Below are positions 1 to 10,198 of a stretch of DNA of 64,000 nt, in pieces. The notes under the pieces are model-generated. The model saw only the letters and a list, made by a program, of their open reading frames with translations, ran no database searches and was not told the DNA's origin. Every line of letters starts with the position of its first letter. The stretch's first letter is position 1. This stretch comes from Lytechinus pictus (lineage: Eukaryota): NCBI RefSeq assembly GCF_037042905.1, contig NC_087246.1:46624001-46688000 (forward strand), given 5' to 3'. The position numbers and the translations under genes were made by a program.

Positions 1-733
1 TTAAATACATGAACACTTCATATTGACTGGATATTATAATTGCACATGGAAACAAACACACTTTATTATTAAATTCTTTGTTTTAATGAGTAATGCATCT
101 AAACATATATTGCCATTTTATACCGATTTTATTTTTCTATCTTTGTAAACCCCGACTAGTGAGGAGAGCTTCATAACAGAAACTAGTTTTTCTTTTAGTC
201 ATCCTCGGGCACTAGTTGGTGGTAATTTATTCCTCTTGTACATATTCTTGTTGTCTTTTGCCTGAAAAAAAAATATTAAAAAAATATTAAAAAATTGGGC
301 AATCACTTTAAGTAGTCATGAAAGAGAAGCATATGTCAATTAATAAAACAATAATAATTCGAAGTGCGAGGAAATATATTTGGTGTATATTGACTTGAAA
401 ACGGGATGTTTTAGTACAACAGGATTATATATCTCGTTAAATAGACAATGCGAACACCAGGAACAATGAAGACATTGGCCCTGAGCAAATTATGTTTCAT
501 AAAGTTATGAACTTGTTTTTATTTGTATGTAATATAACATAACATAACATAATTATAATATAATATTATAGTAAACAATAATTTATTCTTTTTTGGGTGG
601 GGGGGGGGGGGGGGCACGTGCTGTTTTGCCTCTTTAAATCATTGTCACACAGTGTTGAAAGCGGTGACGAGTTTTTTCTATTATTATTATTCTATTGGCT
701 CTGTCCGACCTGTATTATCTCTAAAAGACTGAA

Positions 734-1164
734 AGAAGAATTTCACCCTGACAATTAGTTGGTTCCAATAATATAAGAAAAAATTGAAAAAAGTCATCGT
801 GGAGGTCTGACGAAAATCCTTTGGAAAAAACGGAGTTATGAAAATTTAAAGTTTTTATTTTTTGAGGTCACAAACAGGCAACTCATCCATATGCCGTGTG
901 ACACAATTCCCACAAATTGGCATTATCTAAAAAAGGAACTGAACTGGATTTAACTTGTTGGATTATCCTCAGACACGTCATTTCATACCCCTTTCTGTAA
1001 GAAAATAATTTTTACTCATCATTATGGACGAGCTGCTAAAAAAAATAAAGACTTTGACAATTTACAAATCTCTTAACGGATTTCATCAAACCTTCACCAA
1101 TGTTTTTCTATATTTTTGTTCTGCTTTTATTAAAATTAACTCGTCATCAGGGTGACCTTCCCCT
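734..1164. mobile_element. Non-autonomous TTAA-type (Kolobok-like) MITE, degenerate
   Basis: Left end aagaatttcaccctgac, right end tcatcagggtgaccttcccct|ttaa. The same terminus (aaaggggaagttcaccctgatga) recurs at 57281. Confidence 0.55.
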
Positions 1165-1715
1165 TTAAACTGACACTCACGGCTGAAAATAATATAATAA
1201 TTAAAAATGTATGAATATATAAAGCTAAATCAGACATATAACACTGGACATTTCATCGAAATCGAATAAGTAACAACTAAGTCATGGCACTATAGTTTAT
1301 ATCATTTCGGCAAATACATGTCTTCATAAATATGCATGCAGTAAGCGAGCTGAAATTATATTTATTGGAATTTTGTCTTCCAAAAATGTACACTGCAATA
1401 TGATTTACTGCAACTTATTTTGTTACGAGGGCACTTTTTATATGCACACATGTACGAAAATATGAAATGGTTATCATTTCATGTAATGAAAAAAAAAGGG
1501 GGGGGGGTGGGTAAAGAGGGTGCCTGACATCATAAGCCTACATATTTCATGCATATTATTGCTATTGTTTTCACAAAATATTGCTAAATTTTAAAATTCA
1601 ATAACTTCGTTCTTATTTGCTTTCGATGAAAATTTTCAACGTTTCTTCGATCGTTTTGGTTTAATCTATCTATTTAGACATGACTATTCAACCTGGAGTA
1701 TATGCACCCCTCTAA

Positions 1716-1865
<150 letters not shown>

Positions 1866-2889
1866 TAAGTGAATTCCTCACTACTGTTATTACCCTGCCC
1901 TTTTTCCATTAATCGTACCAATTATATGTAAATATTGTGATTATGTTTGTGATTGCTAACCCAATAAAACACATAATTTAAAAAAAAAGTAACTGAATTC
2001 AAGGCATATTACTTTTGGGTATATAAATTCAATTACAAAACAGATCACTTCAAGATGAATCTGGATGTACTTATTACAAGCAAAGCTAAGTCACCATTTC
2101 CGTCAGCAGATGCTAAGAAATACACTGTTAGAAAATTTATCCTTAAAATAAAAGAAGTTCCTGCAGCAGAGTCTCGAGAACACCTGCAATCTTACCAGAT
2201 TGCGTAATCTTACATTGGGTCATTCCATGCCAATTCACCCAATGAATGTGCAATTTTGCACCCGACCCTCTCGGAATTCGTTGTAATTTGGTACACATAA
2301 AATTCACCATGGCCCACACACAAAACAAAAAAATAGGTCCAATTGGTCCGTTGGTTCTCGCGCTACGGCCCGCCCTTTTCTCCTTGTTTTGACAAAAATG
2401 GGCGTGACCCTCAACTTTAAATGGCCACTGCGTCGTAATGTGTTGACCAATTTTCATGAAACTGGTACCATTTATTAGGAAATTAAGAGAGGAATCCAAA
2501 ACATGCATCACATAATGTATTGGAGCGATTTATAAGGTCTCGACCTTTGACCTTGAGTTTGACCCCCAGACAAATAATTTTTTAACTTGATTTTCGTGTA
2601 TGTTAATTATTAGTATGATATTGACAAAATATGTTAAAATCAATGATGATATTTTATTTCTTCACCTTTTAAAACTCTTCCAAAGATACCATTAAATTTC
2701 ACTCTAGTCCTACATACTGATATTCATGTTAGTATAGTGTTTACCAGTTACATGATTTCTTCCAATCTTAAGTTACAGTATGAATGCACATGAAAAGAAA
2801 TTAAGCTCATCAGTTCACAAATGAAACATTAAACATTTATGCTCATGAATAGGTATCTGTTTAGGCATTTTTATGTTCAGCAATATATA

Positions 2890-3747
2890 GGGGAAGGCGG
2901 GGTAAGTTGTGACACTTTTTGCATTTTGCATGTTAGAATTGATATGACTAATAATATTGTAGAAATAAGTACCTTGCCTTTAAATTTGATTCTTGGGAAA
3001 TATTTTTCACCTATATATAACTTTCTACCCCCACACTGAAATTCATTGTGACCTTTGAAAAAAAAAATGTCAAATGGCTCAACTTGCCCCATATGTGGGG
3101 TAAGTTGTGCCACCTTCTGGGGTAAGTTGAGCCACAAAAACTATGTACAAAATGTATGCGGGAAGAAGCAGCATGTCAATTTTTTATTTCAAGTCTTTTC
3201 ACTTGCTAATTCTCTATAAATACTAACATCCTCTAAAAGAAAAGAACTGTCATGAAAATTTACACCATTCTGCCTGCATATCAATGGCTTTTCAAGGTTT
3301 TTTAATTTTTTTATTCTTATTATCATAAGAATTACCATGGCTCAACTTGCCCCATGTTGGCTGGCTCAAAGTACCCCAGTCCGAACTTAATGCGATATTT
3401 TCACATCCACACATTTCTTATGCATCCATCATTTAAAATACTATGACAATAATGAAGATCTATACCTGGACAAACAATATTGTTCTTATTTCTTTGTTAT
3501 ATTTAAAGACGTTTGTGGGTAAAAAGCACTCCTCTATTTTACACCCTTTTTACTATTTTGGCTGAAATTTGTATTTTTCCGTTTAAAAAAGTACTTTTTG
3601 TTTCAAAGTCAAAAACAATGTGGTTGGGTAAAGGGTTATGTAATGGGTCATCAATACATGACACCACCACAATGTCTGACTCATTCATTATTGGCTTGGG
3701 GGTGGTGGCTCAACTTGCCCCTATGTTCAACATACCCCGCCTTCCCC
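2890..3747. mobile_element. Tc1/mariner/pogo-type MITE
   Basis: ta|ggggaaggcggggtaagttg ... caacataccccgccttcccc|ta; TA TSD; internal copies of ggggtaagttg / caacttgcccc. Confidence 0.85.
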
Positions 3748-4287
3748 TATCATATGTATATAAATTCTTGTTAGTAAATAGGCATATACTCAACAATTTG
3801 ATGATAAAAGTAAACACTTTACTAACAAGAATATATATATACATATATATGATATATATTGCTGAACATCAAAATGCCTAAACAGATACCTATTCATGAG
3901 CATAAATGTTTAATGTTTCATTTGTGAACTGATGAGCTTAATTTCTTTTCATGTGTTTGCATACTGTAACTTAAGATTGGAAGAAATCATGTAACTGGTA
4001 AACACTTTTACTAACATGAATATTACTAGTATGTGGGACTAGAGTGAAATTTCATGGTATCTATGGAAGAGTTTTAAAAGGTGAAGAAATAAAATATCAT
4101 CATTGGTTTTAACATATTTTGTCAATATCATACAAATAATTGACATACACGAAAATCAAGTTAAAAAATTATTTGTCCGGGGGTCAAACTCAAGGTCAAA
4201 GTATAGGTCAGAGAATAATGACGGCGATATGGCCATTCTAAAGGTTCACTCAAGCGTGACGCGCGCACAATAGAATATGACGTAATA

Positions 4288-5022
4288 CATTAGCATAACA
4301 ATGAAGGGTTGAATAGGGATAATTAGCATAACAATGGAAGGGTTGAATAGGGATAATTAGCATAACAATGGATGAATAGTCGGGAAAGATGGCCATTGAA
4401 TAGGGGGTCGATTAGCATAACAATGGAAGAGTAGTCTGGAAGGATGGCCATTGAATAGGGATCATTAGCATAACAATAGCGAGTGCGGAAAGATCGGATG
4501 GACATTGAATAGGGGTTGATTAGCATAACAATAGCGAGTGCGGAAAGATCGGATGGCCATTGAATAGGGGACATTTAAATAACAATAGCGAGTGCGGAAA
4601 GATCGGATGGCCATTGAATAGGGGTTGATTAGCATAACAATAGCGAGTGCGGAAAGATCGGTTGGCCATTGAATAGAGGATATTTAAATAACAATAGCGA
4701 GTGCGGAAAGATCGGATGGCCATTGAATAGGAGATATTAGCATAACAATAGCGAGTGCGGAAAGATCGGATGGCCATTGAATAGGGGACATTTAAATAAC
4801 AATAGCGAGTGCGGAAAGATCGGATGGCCATTGAATAGGGGTTGATTAGCATAACAATAGCGAGTGCGGAAAGATCGGATGGCCATTGAATAGAGGATAT
4901 TTAAATAACAATAGCGAGTGCGGAAAGATCGGATGGCCATTGAATAGGAGATATTTAAATAACAATACCGAGTGCGGAAAGATCGGATGGCCATTGAATA
5001 GGGGATCATTTAAATAACAATA
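4288..5022. repeat. 54/55-bp tandem array in left arm (10 full units plus ~4 shorter/degenerate outer units)
   Basis: Unit taacaatagcgagtgcggaaagatcggatggccattgaatag plus a variable end (gggttgattagca / ggacatttaaa / aggatatttaaa). Unit starts at 4471, 4526, 4580, 4635, 4689, 4743, 4797, 4852, 4906, 4960. Confidence 0.97.
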
Positions 5023-5307
5023 ATCGCAGTGACGTAGTAATGTTACGTATCTGTTAGAAGGGACGCGTAGTCTCCTTGGCAACGAATGAACAACCATAAA
5101 GTTGAATGGAAGGATTAAAAGAGTGTTATTGTTAGAGTAGATTTTGGGTAATATAATAGCACTGGGAAAAAAGGGCAGGAGTGTCAAAGTTTGACTTACC
5201 CTTTTAATATTTCCATTCGAGCGTCGATCGTCCAAAATATTCTCCATATTAACATTGTCATAATATTCAAAACCTAGTTTCCCATGTCCATATATTACAG
5301 TGAACAT
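4846..5307 (-). CDS. Hypothetical ORF in Polinton-like arm, running out into the tandem array
   Basis: ATG-initiated in the left arm (MFTVIYGHGKLGFEYY...). The right-arm copy has a 1-nt insertion just after the ATG (atgtttcact, ~9394). The C-terminal third is translated repeat. Confidence 0.35.
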   Translation of the reverse strand: MFTVIYGHGKLGFEYYDNVNMENILDDRRSNGNIKRVSQTLTLLPFFPSAIILPKIYSNNNTLLILPFNFMVVHSLPRRLRVPSNRYVTLLRHCDYCYLNDPLFNGHPIFPHSVLLFKYLLFNGHPIFPHSLLLFKYPLFNGHPIFPHSLLLC

Positions 5308-5368
5308 ATTTACAATGAAGATTAAGTGATGCCATTATACATATATACAACTCATATTTTATTGAAAA

Positions 5369-5812
5369 TTAATCGATTTCATCTATAGGTAAGATCCCGT
5401 TTATGGTTCCTTTGTATAGAATCTTCGACGCTGTGTATCCTTTTTTGAACCAGCATGGATGTTTGTAGAATGAGAAGGAGGCTGCTGGAATCTTCGTGCT
5501 TGCAATGTGATTGAGATAGACATCGATGAATAATTTATTATTACAAAATCGTTGAAGAATTCGTCTCTTCCACCCTTTAGACCAATCTTCTTTCAACTCG
5601 TGAGGCATGCCGTGCCTGTGTAAGAGTTCGAATTTCTCTTGGTCTGAAATAGTTTCGTAGTGATTGGAGATGAGACACCCTGGTATCGCTACGCAACGAT
5701 TTTCTATCGACGCCATCCCTGGAACACAATCCTTCTCAAACCTGTCCAGCGTGTCTTTGTGATCTCCCCAAATTAATTCCTTTGCAACTCCTTGATTTTC
5801 CATCGCTTCCAT
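5369..5812 (-). CDS. 147-aa hypothetical protein carried in left inverted arm
   Basis: Intronless ATG-TAA ORF, open in both arms, globular-looking composition; no family recognised. Confidence 0.65.
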   Translation of the reverse strand: MEAMENQGVAKELIWGDHKDTLDRFEKDCVPGMASIENRCVAIPGCLISNHYETISDQEKFELLHRHGMPHELKEDWSKGWKRRILQRFCNNKLFIDVYLNHIASTKIPAASFSFYKHPCWFKKGYTASKILYKGTINGILPIDEID

Positions 5813-5899
5813 CGATTTTTCCTCTTAATTTTGGATCTTCCCCCATACTCTTCTCCCTCTATCATCTATATTATAATAGATGAAAGAAAACGAACCATT

Positions 5900-6105
5900 C
5901 AAGATGTCATGGTCGAAAACAACCTTTGATTTTCTAACAAAGCGAGGAATGCATGAACTAATCTTTGTATCTTCACTCCAATCGGTTATTTTGGTAAACG
6001 ATAGAAAGCAAACTACTTAACGATGTCTTGGTCGAAAAAACTTTTGATTTTTCGAACAAAGCGAGGAATGTTAGAAACTAATCTTTGCATCTCCGCTCCA
6101 ATCAG
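5900..6105. repeat. Imperfect ~120-bp direct duplication upstream of the 147-aa ORF (mirrored at ~8593-8800)
   Basis: gatgtc(a/t)tggtcgaaaa...aacaaagcgaggaatg...aactaatctttg(t/c)atct..ctccaatc occurs twice; each copy carries a CCAAT. Confidence 0.8.
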
Positions 6106-6526
6106 TTCTTTCATACTTCCATAGTTTTCATTTTGACCCGCATACACGTCTCTCTTTATTGGCTTTCTGACTCACACAAATTGTATTACATAGATGGCAC
6201 TAGCTTCAGGTCAACTCCATTCACGCACATGGTGATAACATAGAACACTGTACAATTACATGTTATTATTATTCATTTTTATTCCATTTTAAGTCCAGAC
6301 ATATACACAAAGAAGATTTTGATACAAAGGTAAAAGTAATCGAAGTACGTATTGTGTAGACAAAATAATTGTTAACTGTTATATCTTCGCTGTAACACAA
6401 TCCATGTATAGGCCTATGGCTGGTATGCATATTGACGATAGAAATAATAGAGTTCAATCTGTCATTTTTGTTGACGGCGTTTTCAAGTTCTTTGATTATT
6501 TTTGTTGACAAGGTGGTGTTGTGCCT

Positions 6527-7204
6527 TTAGTTGTAGACTCCATCCTCACTCTCTGTTTCTTCATCATCGTCGTCATCGTCACCTCCATCTTGGAACTGGA
6601 ATAAACCATCAAATTGTGGACCATGCCTGGCTAAGACTCTTTGTACGGCTTTCTGGAATTCCATGCCATTTTCTAGTCTTTCCTTGAGATCAGAAACGAT
6701 CTCGTGATTGACGTCAGCTTCTCCTAGGCTAATGTTTTGCTGCAAGAACTTGGAGTAAAGATCGGAAAAGATGCGTTTGACGGCCCACAGTAATTTCACG
6801 TGCGCTTTTTCTTTAGCGTCTTCTTCTTCCATTCCCTCTGAAATATATTTCTGATATTTTTCGTCTCTCAGGTCCTTGGTGGCTGTCATGGCCTGCTCCA
6901 ACCATACTTGGTAAGCAAGGTTGTCTTCAATTTCATCCATGTTATCTGTCTCTGACATTGACGATTCATCCTCTCCATCGTTTTCTGAATCACTAGATTC
7001 TTCAACTCCCTCCGTTTGAGAGGGTGGTTCGGAGTAATCATCCTCACTTGTACCTTCTTCAGCGTCGGAAGATTCAATTTTGCCTTCATCTTCTGTATCA
7101 GGGTGAGCTTTTTGTTCATGCCTCTGCATATCAAACTTCCGACTATAGGTCCTATTGCATTGGGAACATGCGTAACGCCGGTTGGACATATCAAGAGCGT
7201 TCAT
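6527..7204 (-). CDS. 225-aa protein: N-terminal C2H2 zinc finger, acidic linker, helical C-terminal domain (Polinton accessory-type)
   Basis: YACSQCNRTYSRKFDMQRHEQKAH fits C-x2-C-x12-H-x4-H; long D/E/S tract; intact intronless ORF inside the element. Confidence 0.85.
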   Translation of the reverse strand: MNALDMSNRRYACSQCNRTYSRKFDMQRHEQKAHPDTEDEGKIESSDAEEGTSEDDYSEPPSQTEGVEESSDSENDGEDESSMSETDNMDEIEDNLAYQVWLEQAMTATKDLRDEKYQKYISEGMEEEDAKEKAHVKLLWAVKRIFSDLYSKFLQQNISLGEADVNHEIVSDLKERLENGMEFQKAVQRVLARHGPQFDGLFQFQDGGDDDDDDEETESEDGVYN

Positions 7205-7277
7205 GTTGACTCGATGCTGTTTAGGTCAGAATTGAATCAAAGTGTTATCAATCGTATCTTTATACATGATGTCAACA

Positions 7278-7440
7278 TCCATAAACGAATCCGTAGATCC
7301 GTAATGGAATCCATAGATCCGTTAAACGAATCCGTAATTCCGTTCAACGATTCCGTATAAATCCGCTAAACGAATCCGTAGATCCGTAAACGAATCCGTA
7401 AATCCACTAAACGAATCCCAAGATCCGTAAAAGGATTCGA
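7278..7440. repeat. Short (8-13 bp) ATCCGT/AAACGAATCCGT tandem repeat; inverted copy at 8133-8250
   Basis: tccgttaaacgaatccgtaattccgttcaacgattccgtataaatccgctaaacgaatccgtagatccgtaaacgaatccgtaaatccactaaacgaatcc is reverse-complemented at ~8150-8250. Confidence 0.92.
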
Positions 7441-8885
7441 ACTTCTTTGAATCATATTGATAGAATTGACAAAGTTTAATCTGTTTTAAATCAAGGAACA
7501 ACCAATGACTTTGATATTGGAGTACATATTTTATTACTACCAATGGTTTAAAGAGTTATACAGACCTCATGTAGGAATTTATGACAATACTGATGATTCG
7601 CAATATTTGGGGTTTTACTAAGGATTTATGACGTCATTACTTTTCAGATTACGCAATGCATTCTTGGATGGTGCAACGTCGAATTGATTTTGTACATGCA
7701 ATACCGTGTTATGCACGAATGATCAAGCATGCAACGGCTTCATGAGCGTGGAAAATCCTATCACTTCCCCTACTTCATTGAAAGTATAAAAAGTCAAGAT
7801 TTAATGCTCAAAATCAACTTTGTTCGTATATACGATGTTATCTGTTTGGAAAATTCAATGACACACTTTATTACCCTACCATATGTAATATTCAGCGTTA
7901 TGTAATATCGTTGCGCACGGCCGATCGAGTGGGCATAATTGACGTCATGCTTGAGGGAATACCCAATAATGTTTATCAGGGCCCCGTCTTAGAAAGAGTC
8001 AATCAATTGTAACTCTTTGGAAATCCATCCACCATATTTTTTTTCTATGGGAAATTTGCACAATATCTTTTGTAAACAAAGAGAAGCATATATAAATTTT
8101 TAAGAAAACAATGAATGCTTGCATATACATCATCGTTGAACGGAATTACGGATTCGTTTAGTGGATTTACGGATTCGTTTACGGATCTACGGATTCGTTT
8201 AGCGGATTTATACGGAATCGTTGAACGGAATTACGGATTCGTTTAACGGATTATTTCTATCGTCAATATTCATACCAGCCATAGGCCTATACATGGATTG
8301 TGTTACAGCGAAGATATAACAGTTAACAATTATTTTGTCTACACAATACGTACTTCGATTACTTTTACCTTTGTATCAAAATCTTCTTTGTGTATATGTC
8401 TGGACTTAAAATGGAATAAAAATGAATAATAATAACATATAATTGTACAGTGTTCTATGTTATCACCATGTGCGTGAATGGAGTTGACCTGAAGCTAGTG
8501 CCATCTATGTAATACAATTTGTGTGAGTCAGAAAGCCAATAAAGAGAGACGTGTATGCGGGTCAAAATGAAAACTATGGAAGTATGAAAGAACTGATTGG
8601 AGCGGAGATGCAAAGATTAGTTTCTAACATTCCTCGCTTTGTTCGAAAAATCAAAAGTTTTTTCGACCAAGACATCGTTAAGTAGTTTGCTTTCTACCGT
8701 TTACCAAAATAACCGATTGGAGTGAAGATACAAAGATTAGTTCATGCATTCCTCGCTTTGTTAGAAAATCAAAGGTTGTTTTCGACCATGACATCTTGAA
8801 TGGTTCGTTTTCTTTCATCTATTATAATATAGATGATAGAGGGAGAAGAGTATGGGGGAAGATCCAAAATTAAGAGGAAAAATCG

Positions 8886-9329
8886 ATGGAAGCGATGGAA
8901 AATCAAGGAGTTGCAAAGGAATTAATTTGGGGAGATCACAAAGACACGCTGGACAGGTTTGAGAAGGATTGTGTTCCAGGGATGGCGTCGATAGAAAATC
9001 GTTGCGTAGCGATACCAGGGTGTCTCATCTCCAATCACTACGAAACTATTTCAGACCAAGAGAAATTCGAACTCTTACACAGGCACGGCATGCCTCACGA
9101 GTTGAAAGAAGATTGGTCTAAAGGGTGGAAGAGACGAATTCTTCAACGATTTTGTAATAATAAATTATTCATCGATGTCTATCTCAATCACATTGCAAGC
9201 ACGAAGATTCCAGCAGCCTCCTTCTCATTCTACAAACATCCATGCTGGATCAAAAAAGGATACACAGCGTCGAAAATTCTATACAAAGGAACCATAAACG
9301 GGATCTTACCTATAGATGAAATCGATTAA
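8886..9329 (+). CDS. 147-aa hypothetical protein, right-arm copy
   Basis: Inverted duplicate of 5369-5812 with one amino-acid change (CWFKK to CWIKK) and one silent change that I spotted. Confidence 0.65.
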   Translation: MEAMENQGVAKELIWGDHKDTLDRFEKDCVPGMASIENRCVAIPGCLISNHYETISDQEKFELLHRHGMPHELKEDWSKGWKRRILQRFCNNKLFIDVYLNHIASTKIPAASFSFYKHPCWIKKGYTASKILYKGTINGILPIDEID

Positions 9330-9679
9330 TTTTCCATAGAATATGAGTTGTATATATGTATATTAAATGGCATCACTTAATCTTCATTGTAAATATGTTT
9401 CACTGTAATATATGGACATGGGAAACTAGGTTTTGAATATTATGACAATGTTAATATGGACAATATTTTGGACGATCGACGCTCGAATGGAAATATTAAA
9501 AGGGTAAGTCAAACTTTGACACTCCTGCCCTTTTTTCCCAGTGCTATTATATTACCCAAAATCTACTCTAACAATAACACTCTTTTAATCCTTCCATTCA
9601 ACTTTATGGTTGTTCATTCGTTGCCAAGGAAACTACGCGTCCCTTCTAACAGATACATAACATTACTACGTCACTGCGA

Positions 9680-10198
9680 TTATTGTTATTTAAATGATCC
9701 CCTATTCAATGGCCATCCGATCTTTCCGCACTCGCTATTGTTATGCTAATCAACCCCTATTCAATGGCCATCCGATCTTTCCGCACTCGGTATTGTTATT
9801 TAAATATCCCCTATTCAATGGCCATCCGATCTTTCCGCACTCGCTATTGTTATGCTAATCAACCCCTATTCAATGGCCATCCGATCTTTCCGCACTCGGT
9901 ATTGTTATTTAAATATCCCCTATTCAATGGCCATCCGATCTTTCCGCACTCGCTATTGTTATTTAAATGTCCCCTATTCAATGGCCATCCGATCTTTCCG
10001 CACTCGCTATTGTTATGCTAATGATCCCTATTCAATGGCCATCCTTCCAGACTACTCTTCCATTGTTATGCTAATCAACCCCCTATACAATGGCTATCTT
10101 TCCCGACTATTCATCCATTGTTATGCTAATTATCCCTATTCAACCCTTCCATTGTTATGCTAATTATCCCTATTTAACCCTTCATTGTTATGCTAATG
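9680..10198. repeat. 54/55-bp tandem array in right arm (6 full units plus degenerate outer units)
   Basis: Reverse complement of the left array; cctattcaatggccatccgatctttccgcactcg at ~9701, 9756, 9810, 9865, 9919, 9973. Confidence 0.97.

Noticed and set aside
4323-5009. Overlapping ORFs with repeated YSMAIRSFRTRYC peptides (also 9743-10163)
   Set aside because: Translation by-products of the tandem array in several frames.
4288-5022. CRISPR-like look of the 54/55-bp arrays (also 9680-10198)
   Set aside because: Variable parts are only ~12 bp and recur rather than being unique spacers; no cas genes; eukaryotic context. It is a minisatellite in a TIR.
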